64,000 nt of DNA, taken from the NCBI GenBank assembly GCA_963664115.2, contig CAXWPJ010000002.1, positions 512,001 through 576,000 of the forward strand. Reading direction: 5' to 3'. The stretch is from Terriglobia bacterium. GTDB lineage: Bacteria; Acidobacteriota; Terriglobia; 20CM-2-55-15. The position numbers and the translations under genes are program-made. The stretch's first letter is position 1. Every line of letters begins with the position of its first letter. Positions 36,973 through 45,747 of the stretch are shown here, piece after piece. The notes under the pieces were generated by a model that ran no database searches, was not told the DNA's origin, and saw only the letters and a program-made list of their open reading frames with translations.

Positions 36973-37899
36973 ATGAAACTAGGATTTGGCTTACCCAATA
37001 TCGGCCCGGTGGCGAGCCCGGACGCCATCATCAAGGTGTCAAAACGCGCAGAAGAGCTCGGCTACGACAGCTTATGGGTCGTTGAACGCTTGCTCAGCCC
37101 TCTAAACCCTCAGACACCTTACCCCGGGACGCCAGACGGCTCGTTGCCCCAGCAGTACAGGAGTGTTCTCGACCCTCTGCAAGTCCTGAGCTTTGCGGCC
37201 GCGAACACCTCTCGCGTCTCATTGGGTACCAGCGTATTAGTCATGGGGTATCGCAATCCCCTGGTGTTGGCGCAAAGCCTGACGGCCATCGATGTCCTGT
37301 CCGGTGGCCGGCTGATCGTCGGGTTCGGGCAAGGCTGGTCGAAGGACGAATTCGACGCGGTCGGCACTTCGATGGCGTCGCGCGCTGGAATGGCCGATGA
37401 GTTTCTCCATGCACTGAAAGCGGTCTGGACTGACAATCCGGTGGAATTTCAAGGGAACCATTTTCAGATTCCTCCGTCCTATATCGATATCAAACCCGTG
37501 CAGAAACCGCATCCACCAATCTTTCTTGCCGCCTATGCGCCGGCTGCAATGCAACGCGTCGCGACGCTCGGTGACGGTTGGATGCCCGCCGGAATTCCAA
37601 TAGAAGGTATGGCGCAGATGATGGAAGGGATCCGGGGAATGGCGAGCCAGTCCGGTCGCGACCCGTCTGAACTCAAGATGATCGTTCGCGCAAACATCGA
37701 AATATCCGACCGTTCTGCCGGGGCGGAGCGCGCGGTTTTTTCCGGCACATTGGACGAGATAAAGGCCGATATCACCCGTGTCAAAGACATGGGAGCTGAT
37801 GAGGTGTTTCTAGATCCCCTGTTCTCTCCCGAAGCTACTACCGCGGAGGGCATCCTGGGTGTGATGGAGCAATTTAAGCCATCCGCCTTAGGTATCTAA
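36973..37899 (+). CDS. LLM-class (probably F420-dependent) oxidoreductase
   Basis: AEELGYDSLWVVER, DPLQVL, LGTSVL, SGGRL...GQGW...EF, PVQKPHPPI. Confidence 0.9.
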   Translation: MKLGFGLPNIGPVASPDAIIKVSKRAEELGYDSLWVVERLLSPLNPQTPYPGTPDGSLPQQYRSVLDPLQVLSFAAANTSRVSLGTSVLVMGYRNPLVLAQSLTAIDVLSGGRLIVGFGQGWSKDEFDAVGTSMASRAGMADEFLHALKAVWTDNPVEFQGNHFQIPPSYIDIKPVQKPHPPIFLAAYAPAAMQRVATLGDGWMPAGIPIEGMAQMMEGIRGMASQSGRDPSELKMIVRANIEISDRSAGAERAVFSGTLDEIKADITRVKDMGADEVFLDPLFSPEATTAEGILGVMEQFKPSALGI

Positions 37900-38010
37900 C
37901 GCAATCGGCATCCAGGAAACTGACACCGGTCCTTTCAAATCATGAAACTCGTTGGGGAGATGCCGATTCGAGTGCACGCCCTCGACAGGACCTCCCTTCT
38001 AACGCGACAA

Positions 38011-38994
38011 CTATTCCGAATCGATCGCGCCTGGTCTAGAAAACGGAAGGTTGTCAATATCGACGTTGCCGCCGCTGAGCACTACGCCGACACGACCCAG
38101 GTCTGTGAGTTGTGCAAACTCCTGAGACAGAGCTGCAGCCAGAGAAGTCGCCCCGCTGGGCTCCACTACCAGCTTCATGCGTTCCCACAGTAGCCGCATG
38201 GCGCGCAGAATTTCGTCGTCTTTCACGCGGATCACGGCTTCGACGCAGTCGCGTAATACCGGCCAGGTAAGGTCTCCCAGGCTGGTCAACAGTCCGTCGG
38301 CGATCGTTTGTGGATCGAGGGACGGAATGTAGCGATTTTCGGATTTGGAGCGGTACGCGTCGTCCGCTCCATTGGGCTCGGCTGCAAAAATTCGGAGTCG
38401 AGGGTTCAATCCCCGAGCTGCGAGCGCAACTCCCGAGATCAGACCCCCCCCTCCAATTGGAACCAGCAGCGCGTCCAGGTTGTTGACCTGATCCAATAGT
38501 TCCAGCGCAACCGTTCCCTGACCCGCGATGATGGCGGGGTGGTTATAGCCGGAAATGCGTGTAGCGTTTTTTTTTGCAAGTACTGTGGCAAGAGTTTCTT
38601 CGCGAGCTTCGAGGGTCGGTTCACACAGATACACACGTCCGCCATAGCCCTCGACAGCGTGTCGCTTGACGATCGGGGCGTCACTTGGCATCACGATGTG
38701 TGCGGCAATTCCGCGAATTCTGGCCGCATACGCCAGCGCCTGACCATGATTGCCGCTGCTGTTCGCCGCCACCCCCCGCGCGGCTTGATCATCACTCAGG
38801 GACAGCACGGCGTTGACTGCGCCGCGGGCCTTGAAGGCACCGCAACGTTGCAGGTTCTCGCATTTGAAGAACAGGCTCCGGCCTGCCAGGGCGTCTAAGG
38901 TTTGGCTGGTGATTATCGGAGTCCGGTGGACGTGAGGAGCAATGCGAGCCGCTGCTCGACGAATGTCATTCAGATCGACAACGTAGCTGCCCAT
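38011..38994 (-). CDS. PLP-dependent serine racemase / threonine dehydratase family protein
   Basis: KCENLQRCGAFKARGA, SSGNHGQA, GQGT, PIGGGGL, EPSGA, SGGN. Confidence 0.93.
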   Translation of the reverse strand: MGSYVVDLNDIRRAAARIAPHVHRTPIITSQTLDALAGRSLFFKCENLQRCGAFKARGAVNAVLSLSDDQAARGVAANSSGNHGQALAYAARIRGIAAHIVMPSDAPIVKRHAVEGYGGRVYLCEPTLEAREETLATVLAKKNATRISGYNHPAIIAGQGTVALELLDQVNNLDALLVPIGGGGLISGVALAARGLNPRLRIFAAEPNGADDAYRSKSENRYIPSLDPQTIADGLLTSLGDLTWPVLRDCVEAVIRVKDDEILRAMRLLWERMKLVVEPSGATSLAAALSQEFAQLTDLGRVGVVLSGGNVDIDNLPFSRPGAIDSE

Positions 38995-39132
38995 TACGGA
39001 TTCGGCACGCAACGCTTCAATTCTTCGAACCTCTTACTGCTCCACGAATCGAGGCCAACCTTCGAGTTCACCGATCTCACTCCCGACCGCGTAAAGGGAA
39101 GGAGGTGGTCCTCATATCGTAATGTCGACCCT

Positions 39133-40920
39133 TCATCGAGCGATAAGCTCGCCGGGAAGAACGGGGGTGTTTTTCGGTAGAACACGGGCACGCGTGGCTT
39201 GCTCGAAGTCGTATCCATAGCTCAGTAGCTTGGGCTCACTATAGGCCTGGCCCATGAAGGAGATCGTGATGGGCAGGCCGTCGCTGTTTGTACCGGCGGG
39301 CACGACCAGTTCTGGGTAACCGCTGTAGCTGGCAATGAGCAAAGCCGATTCGTTGCCGGTCGCACGGGACCGTCCGGCTTGTGTCTGCTTGCTTCCGTCC
39401 GACAGCGCAGCGAGCAAAGCCGTTCGGCCCTCAGCCAGAGCCGCGCGCGCCCCAGCCGCGTCCTCGGTTCGAATGAGTGAGGCCGGGCGCGCCGCCGTCG
39501 GATAAACGATGGCATCGAGTGCGTAATTTGCGAAGACCGCCTCGGTGCCTGATTTCACCAGTGCAATGCCGTCGTTCACGGCTGCCAGATAAACAGGATC
39601 GTCAAGATCGAGGGCATAGGCGGCTGTGTACTGCAGGGCAAAGGCTTTTTCCGGGCTGCTGTCCAGGTAGCAACTGCCCGGGGCATTGGCCCGGGCAGTG
39701 AGTTCGTCGACGGTTCTGGGAGATCCGGGCCTGAGGGTCTCGAAGTAGTCCGCGATCTGAGCCTTGAATTCGGCGTTCCGGATCAACGGGAAGATCGGCT
39801 CCTTCATCGCATGCACATAGTCCGGGAACCGAACCGGATCGACGATGACCGCCCCGAGCCTCTCCAACACCACCATGGCTTCGTCGAAGACGCGGATGGT
39901 CTCGGGATCGGAGCCCAGGAAATCGCGGCCAATTCCGATGCGGGCGCCGACGAGCGAACCGACTTCGAGAAACTGGGTGTAGTCGGTCTCGAACCTGCCG
40001 GCGCTCTCCTGTGTGATTGCATCGGCGGGATCGACTCCCGCCATGACGCCCAGGACAAGCGCAACATCATAAACACTCCGGGCCATCGGACCCACGGTAT
40101 CCAGGCTCAGGGTAAGCGGCACGAGCCCGGTGCGGCTGAGCAGGCCGAGCGTAGGCCGGAGGCCAACGATTCCGTTGGCCGAGGACGGATTGCGAACGGA
40201 TCCGCGAGTATCACTGCCAAGGCCGAACTGTGCGAATGCGGCCGCGATGCCAGCGCCCGTGCCGCCGCTGGAACCGGCCGGGGCACGCCTTAGGTCGTGA
40301 GGATTTCGGGTTTGACCGCCTATCGAACTGAAACCCTGAGGAACGGCTCCGGCTTTTAGAACAGCAGCGTCCGTTGCGCCGGCCACGCTGCCACCGCCTG
40401 AAGCGAATTCGCTCAGATTGTCCTTGGAGAGAAGAATGGCACCGGCGTCTCGAAGTTGATTAACGACATACGCGTCTGCGGGCGGAACGGAGCCGGCGAG
40501 CAGGCACGAACCGGCGGTCGTGGGCAGATCGACGGTGCCGATGTTGTCCTTCAGGGAGAAAGGGATGCCGTGGAGCGGTCCGCGAACCCGCCCGGCCCTG
40601 CGCTCGACGTCGCGTGCCCGGGCTTCGCCCAGAGCCCTCTGGTTGAGGGAGATAATGGAATTAATAGTCGGCCCTTCTTTATCGTAAGCTTCGATGCGGG
40701 CCAGATAGAGTTCCATGAGTCTCTCAGCGGTGAGGGTACCGTTTTCAAAGGCGGCCTGCAGATCGGCGATATTCGCGTTTCCCAGATTTAGAGTCGCCGC
40801 ACGGGTCGTGTCCGTCAGCGTGGGGCTGTTCTGAGCCCTCGCCTGCGAGGAAACGACACCTGTGATCAAAATAGGAATCAGTAGTCCCACCGACAGAACC
40901 ACGACAATGATGCGCTTCAT
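39133..40920 (-). CDS. Secreted amidase-signature family amidase
   Basis: Signal peptide; LHGIPFSLKDN, GSSGG, GSDTRGSVR. Confidence 0.92.
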   Translation of the reverse strand: MKRIIVVVLSVGLLIPILITGVVSSQARAQNSPTLTDTTRAATLNLGNANIADLQAAFENGTLTAERLMELYLARIEAYDKEGPTINSIISLNQRALGEARARDVERRAGRVRGPLHGIPFSLKDNIGTVDLPTTAGSCLLAGSVPPADAYVVNQLRDAGAILLSKDNLSEFASGGGSVAGATDAAVLKAGAVPQGFSSIGGQTRNPHDLRRAPAGSSGGTGAGIAAAFAQFGLGSDTRGSVRNPSSANGIVGLRPTLGLLSRTGLVPLTLSLDTVGPMARSVYDVALVLGVMAGVDPADAITQESAGRFETDYTQFLEVGSLVGARIGIGRDFLGSDPETIRVFDEAMVVLERLGAVIVDPVRFPDYVHAMKEPIFPLIRNAEFKAQIADYFETLRPGSPRTVDELTARANAPGSCYLDSSPEKAFALQYTAAYALDLDDPVYLAAVNDGIALVKSGTEAVFANYALDAIVYPTAARPASLIRTEDAAGARAALAEGRTALLAALSDGSKQTQAGRSRATGNESALLIASYSGYPELVVPAGTNSDGLPITISFMGQAYSEPKLLSYGYDFEQATRARVLPKNTPVLPGELIAR

Positions 40921-41379
40921 ATTCCTCGCTTTCTGGCTCAATCCCGTTCTGTGAACGATCAGTCAGAATTAATCTAACCGATCCGCGTCTGTTCAAACTT
41001 TGGGCAGTGCGTTGTTGGCAATCTCGATACCGAGTGCGTGTCACCCGCTTTACACACGTCTCCCGACCCGCCCTCAGCGACCGCAGCCAAGATGCTGTAG
41101 TGGCCAAACTCGGCTGAATTTTGTCACTAAGGTGCCCCTCTTAGAGGAACGGAGGAAATCTAACTACATCGTGGATTTATACGCAAGAAAAGTCTCACAT
41201 CCCGACCTTCGACGGACAACGGAATCTTCCAGCGGTAGCGGTTCCCAAGCTGCGAGACGTGCCCGGCTGATTCCGGAGGGGGCGATGCGACCACAAGAGC
41301 TTTACGGGGAGGCGATCAACAATGTCGGCCCCGAAAAGTGCTTTCCATGGAAGGAGTCCCCACATTTTCCACTGCAGTG

Positions 41380-41407
41380 AAAAAGGCCCGGCAAAAAGCC
41401 GAGCCTT
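41380..41407 (-). terminator. Intrinsic terminator downstream of tRNA-Cys
   Basis: Minus strand AAGGCTCGGC-TTTTT-GCCGGGCCTT followed by further Ts. Confidence 0.65.
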
Positions 41408-41427
41408 CAATTCATTGACTTTGCAAG

Positions 41428-41499
41428 AGGCGCCGACCGGATTCGAACCGGTGCATAAAGGTTTTGCAGACCTCTCCCTTACCGCTTGGGTACGGCGCC
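41428..41499 (-). tRNA. tRNA-Cys(GCA)
   Basis: GGCGCCG acceptor, GAGGT-CTGCAAA-ACCTT anticodon arm, GGTTCGAATCC T-arm. Confidence 0.96.
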
Positions 41500-41556
41500 A
41501 TATGTGCTCAGAGGACCATTATACCTGGGCCCAAGCACCGGGTAAAACCGGCAGCG

Positions 41557-42060
41557 TCAGGGGAATAGACTCAAATCCTCGCCTTTGCGAAGTTTCGCAA
41601 TGTAAGCAATCTGTCCCAGGTGATAGCCGAAATGTTCAATGGAATGATAGACGGCGTGCAGTCGCGTGACATCAAAGCTTTGCACAGTGATCCTGTCGGT
41701 GAGGGAGGATTCCCTCAGGTTCGCTAAGGTTTGATCTGCTGCAGCGGCCGTCGTTTCGACCGTTTCCATGAGCTCTGCTAACGATCGTCCGCCCTCTGCC
41801 TCGAACTCGGAAGGACGATCCCGTTCATCGGATGCACCGCCAACTCCGCTGACGATCCACTGCCGAAGATTCCCGGACATGTGCAGTAGGAGGTTGCCAA
41901 CACTATTACTCGCTTCGTTCGGACGCCACCAAAGGTCTTCTTCGGAGATCATTTCGACAATCTTCCGAAGTTTGGGCAGGTAATCCCCCATCAGTAGAGT
42001 ACGTGACGCTTCTATGAACTCGGCAGGCGCATTGGCCACGTTTTCAGGCGTAGGTCTCAT
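41557..42060 (-). CDS. DinB family (DUF1572-like) protein
   Basis: LWWRPNEASNSVGNLLLHMSGNLRQW, RDRPSEF, HFGYHLGQI. Confidence 0.9.
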   Translation of the reverse strand: MRPTPENVANAPAEFIEASRTLLMGDYLPKLRKIVEMISEEDLWWRPNEASNSVGNLLLHMSGNLRQWIVSGVGGASDERDRPSEFEAEGGRSLAELMETVETTAAAADQTLANLRESSLTDRITVQSFDVTRLHAVYHSIEHFGYHLGQIAYIAKLRKGEDLSLFP

Positions 42061-42139
42061 AGTCAGTCGGTCATCAATCTAGCAGCACTGTGAATCGAAA
42101 ACCGATGTAGGGAGAGGCCTGGCTAAAGCTGGATCGAGA

Positions 42140-42571
42140 TCAAAAACTCTGGATGGCCAGGTCTTCGGATTCATGGATGTCGAACACGCTGTTCAGGCGA
42201 GAAAACTCGAGTAATTCTCGGACCTGACTGTTCAGGTTGGCCAGCTTCAAACGTCCCCAGGGCGTGCGGCCGGTCGCCTCACAACGCGGGCACGGCTCCC
42301 ACTCAACCTGGTCATTTTGAAAGACCGAAGCACCGCACTCATCGCAGGTGTTCTGGGTAACGGTCCCATGTCCCAGGACCAACTCACCCAGGCCGCTGCT
42401 GTCGATATAGCTAACATTTTGAAGGTTGAGCAGGATGTCCTTGCTGCCCTGTGCCACCTGGTCCCGGATCGCCTGGCGAAATATATCCGATCCATCTCCG
42501 GCCGTGATCCGCCCCGAAACATCGATGACGACCACGTTCCCGACCAAGCGCGTTTCAAGTTTCAGGCTCAT
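42140..42571 (-). CDS. STAS-domain anti-sigma factor antagonist with inserted Cys4 zinc ribbon
   Basis: DVSGRIT, LLNLQNVSYIDSSGLGEL, LKLANL, FDIHESE; insert contains CDEC...CPRC. Confidence 0.88.
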   Translation of the reverse strand: MSLKLETRLVGNVVVIDVSGRITAGDGSDIFRQAIRDQVAQGSKDILLNLQNVSYIDSSGLGELVLGHGTVTQNTCDECGASVFQNDQVEWEPCPRCEATGRTPWGRLKLANLNSQVRELLEFSRLNSVFDIHESEDLAIQSF

Positions 42572-42615
42572 GGAAACAACCTCCGTCCATCGCATATATC
42601 GAGAACTACTCTTTA

Positions 42616-42756
42616 ACCACAGACCCGATGCAGCAAGATTGAATCACTTATCCGGCAGAGTTGCAAGCGGGTGCGTGGAACGTTGGGCCCGCTGCTAATA
42701 GTGCACAGCCCGTGGCGACTCACCTCGGGCTGTACTGAGTGAACCGGGTCTGCGGT
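42616..42756 (-). ncRNA. Candidate multi-stem structured RNA upstream of the STAS gene
   Basis: 12-bp closing stem plus two internal hairpins; mismatches read as G-U pairs only on the minus strand. Confidence 0.45.
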
Positions 42757-42958
42757 GCATCCCTTTAGGTGATTAGTTTTCAATGACGCGAACCGTGTCC
42801 AGACCAGCCACATTCAGGGTGAAGCTGAGAGGCACCCGGGACACCAGGAACGGGTTTTTATTCCTCCGCCGATCAAGTCGGAGAGGTGATCCTGTATTGT
42901 ATTGCGCAGCAGCTGGAAGGGGCAGAATCGTGAACTTGGCCACAAACATGGAGTATTG

Positions 42959-43753
42959 ATGCGCATAGCCTCCTGGAACGTTAACGGCATTCGTGCTGCA
43001 GTCAAGAAAGGCTTTGCTGCTTCGTTTGAGAGCCTGAACGTTGACGTGATTTGCATTCAAGAAACCAAAGCCCAGGACGATCAGGTTCTGGAGGCCCTCG
43101 CCGATATTGACGGCTACCGAATTTATACGAATTCCGCCGAGCGGAAAGGCTATTCAGGCACCGCAATACTGTGCAGACGCGAGCCACTGTCCATCCGCAG
43201 AGATATCGGTGTTGCCTCACACGATCAGGAAGGACGCGTCCTCGCCATCGAACTGGATTCCTGTTTCCTGGTGACGGTTTATACGCCGAACTCCGGCAAT
43301 GAACTCAAACGCCTGGGATATCGACAACAATGGGACGCGGATTTTCTCAAGTGGGTAAAAAGGCTGGAGCGAGAAAAACCAGTCGTGCTCGGTGGCGACT
43401 TCAACGTGGCGCATACCGACATCGATCTTGCCCGCCCCAAACCCAACTACAACAAGAGCGCGGGATATACTCAGGCTGAAATCGACGGGCTGGATAATCT
43501 GGTCGCGTCCGGATTCGTGGATACCTTCAGATACCAGTATCCCGACGCAATCAAATACAGCTGGTGGAGCTACCGCGGGGGTGCTCGTCAAAACAACGTG
43601 GGATGGAGAATCGATTATTTTCTTGTATCGGAGTCGCTGACCCCACACATCAGGAACGCCGACATTCTCAATGGGATCATGGGTTCGGATCACTGCCCCG
43701 TATTGCTGGAGCTGAGCATCGGAAAATCGCTGAAGGGCGCCCGGTCGCGATGA
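42959..43753 (+). CDS. xth: Exodeoxyribonuclease III
   Basis: SWNVNGIRA, QETK, GYSG, VYTPNS, GDFNVAH, GWRIDY, SDHCP. Confidence 0.96.
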   Translation: MRIASWNVNGIRAAVKKGFAASFESLNVDVICIQETKAQDDQVLEALADIDGYRIYTNSAERKGYSGTAILCRREPLSIRRDIGVASHDQEGRVLAIELDSCFLVTVYTPNSGNELKRLGYRQQWDADFLKWVKRLEREKPVVLGGDFNVAHTDIDLARPKPNYNKSAGYTQAEIDGLDNLVASGFVDTFRYQYPDAIKYSWWSYRGGARQNNVGWRIDYFLVSESLTPHIRNADILNGIMGSDHCPVLLELSIGKSLKGARSR

Positions 43754-43796
43754 TTGGTTATAGTGGAAGTATCTTATCCAACGAGGATCAACCAAG

Positions 43797-45008
43797 GTGA
43801 TGCGTCAAGCAATTAAGGTGTTTTGTTATTTCGGAGTTCTACTTGTGGCGGGGTCTCCCCTGTTCTCGCTTGCCACCCCCCAGAGAGGTGGAAACAGGAT
43901 TCCTATCGCAGCAGGCGAGGGATGCCCCCCGGGCACGACCGAAGTTCGCCCACTGCAATGCCAGGCACCGGAAATGCCCGCACCCAGCATCGTGGATTAC
44001 CGGCCCCAATCGACACTCGTGGCCGAGGAGCATCTGGTTCCGCGGGCGAAATATCCGGTTGTCGATATCCATGGTCACGCGAATTCGCTGGCTGAACCCG
44101 GCGTCATCGAGGCCATGGTCCGGGAACTGGACGCGCTCAACATCCAGGTGTACGTGGCTGCCGACAACCTGAGCGGTGACAGGCTTGAACGTACTCTGGA
44201 TGCGATCGGGGCCAGTCCACACCGTGACCGCTTTCGCGTCCTGGCCGGGATCAACTTCGGTGACATGGAACCCGAATGGGGGCAAAGAGCCGCAGGCGAG
44301 ATCGAAGCGGCCATCCGGGCGGGCGCGATCGGCGTCGGGGAGGTCTCCAAGAGTTTTGGCCTGACGCTCACAAAACCCGACGGTTCCCGTCTCCGCATCG
44401 ACGATCCGGATCTCGACCCGATCTGGGAAACCCTGGCGCGGCTTGGGGTCCCGGCCTTCGTTCACACCGCCGAACCGCCCGAGTTTTTCGAAGCGCCCGA
44501 TTACGAAAACGAACGGTGGCTGGAGTTGGCTTTGTTTCCGAATCGCCGGAACTACGGGCCGGACCACGTCGGCTTCGACGCACTCATGACCGAACGAGAC
44601 AACCTGTTCCGGAATCACCCGGACACGCAGTTCATCGCTGCCCATTTCGGCTGGCACGCCAACGACCTGGGTCGCGCAGCTCGATTGCTGGACGAGTTTC
44701 CAAATGTGAATTTTGAAGTCGGCGCGATTCTTTATGAGCTGGGACGCCAGCCCAAGGCCGTAAATGACTTCTTCACGCGCTACCAGGACCGAATTCTTTT
44801 TGGGAAGGATAGCTTCCAGCCGAGCGAGTTTCCTTACTACTGGCGCGTCTTCGAGACCACGGACGAATACTTCGATTATTACCGTGACTATCACGCCTTC
44901 TGGAAACTGTACGGCGCGGGTCTGCCCGATGAAGTATTGAAGAAGCTTTATTACCAGAACGCAGTGGGACTCCTGCCCGGATTGCCCCAGACCGGATGGC
45001 CCGAGTGA
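43797..45008 (+). CDS. Secreted amidohydrolase family protein
   Basis: Signal peptide; VDIHGH, VHTAEP, AAHFGW, RILFGKD, LKKLYYQNA. Confidence 0.9.
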   Translation: MMRQAIKVFCYFGVLLVAGSPLFSLATPQRGGNRIPIAAGEGCPPGTTEVRPLQCQAPEMPAPSIVDYRPQSTLVAEEHLVPRAKYPVVDIHGHANSLAEPGVIEAMVRELDALNIQVYVAADNLSGDRLERTLDAIGASPHRDRFRVLAGINFGDMEPEWGQRAAGEIEAAIRAGAIGVGEVSKSFGLTLTKPDGSRLRIDDPDLDPIWETLARLGVPAFVHTAEPPEFFEAPDYENERWLELALFPNRRNYGPDHVGFDALMTERDNLFRNHPDTQFIAAHFGWHANDLGRAARLLDEFPNVNFEVGAILYELGRQPKAVNDFFTRYQDRILFGKDSFQPSEFPYYWRVFETTDEYFDYYRDYHAFWKLYGAGLPDEVLKKLYYQNAVGLLPGLPQTGWPE

Positions 45009-45146
45009 ACCCAGGAATCACCGCTGTTGGTTTAGTGACAGCAGTGAATGACAACGTGATAACGATCACGCCGCTTTCCGGGGTCCGGATCTGGCTGAAG
45101 TCCGGGTCCATTCGTTTTCAATCTCACGCATTAAGGAGTCGCTCAC

Positions 45147-45545
45147 ATGAGTGCTGACGAACCCCAGATCACACGGACCGAGATCCTCGAAGCCACCGAG
45201 AACATGCTGCAGTTGCAGCTCTACGTCATTCATACGACGCCGACCCAGGGAATGGGACCGGTGATGGCCAAGCTCGAGGCGCATCTCAACTATCAGCAGG
45301 AAATGGAACGAACGGGTGTCTACGTGGGTGCCGGTCCGCACTGGGAGGACGACGAAGAAACCTGGAAGGGTGATGGCATGATCGTCTTACGTGCCAACAA
45401 CCTGGCCGGAGCACGTCTGGTTGCGGAGAACGATCCCATGCATTCGGGCGGCGCGCGCCGTTTCACCGTCCGTCCATGGCTGGTCAACGAAGGCACGGTC
45501 AGCGTGAAGCTGAATTTCTCTGCGAGTACTTACCAGGTCAGCTAA
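45147..45545 (+). CDS. YciI family protein
   Basis: HLNYQ, GAGP, GMIVLRA, DPMH, PWLVNEG. Confidence 0.85.
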   Translation: MSADEPQITRTEILEATENMLQLQLYVIHTTPTQGMGPVMAKLEAHLNYQQEMERTGVYVGAGPHWEDDEETWKGDGMIVLRANNLAGARLVAENDPMHSGGARRFTVRPWLVNEGTVSVKLNFSASTYQVS

Positions 45546-45589
45546 GATTCCGACAGCGCTCGGAGCACTCCGGTCCCGAAGAAACGCCG

Positions 45590-45612
45590 GGTTTCGGTGT
45601 TAACCCGAAACC
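45590..45612. terminator. Hairpin between convergent genes
   Basis: GGTTTCGG-N7-CCGAAACC. Confidence 0.45.
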
Positions 45613-45663
45613 AGGAGCATTGAAGGCTGGAGCCACGCTATCGTGTCGCCACCACGTCGCCCC

Positions 45664-45730
45664 ACTCGGTCGGAATGTCGAGAGCTGGGTTCTGATCGAA
45701 GAAGTTGAACGGCATGATTTGTCAGGACTT
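45664..45730 (-). pseudogene. Remnant resembling a copper amine oxidase C-terminus
   Basis: IKS*QIMPFNFFDQNPALDIP resembles the P-x-x-FFD-x-N-P-A-L-D-x-P ending of primary-amine oxidases. Confidence 0.4.
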
Positions 45731-45747
45731 GATCCCGGAAAAGTACG

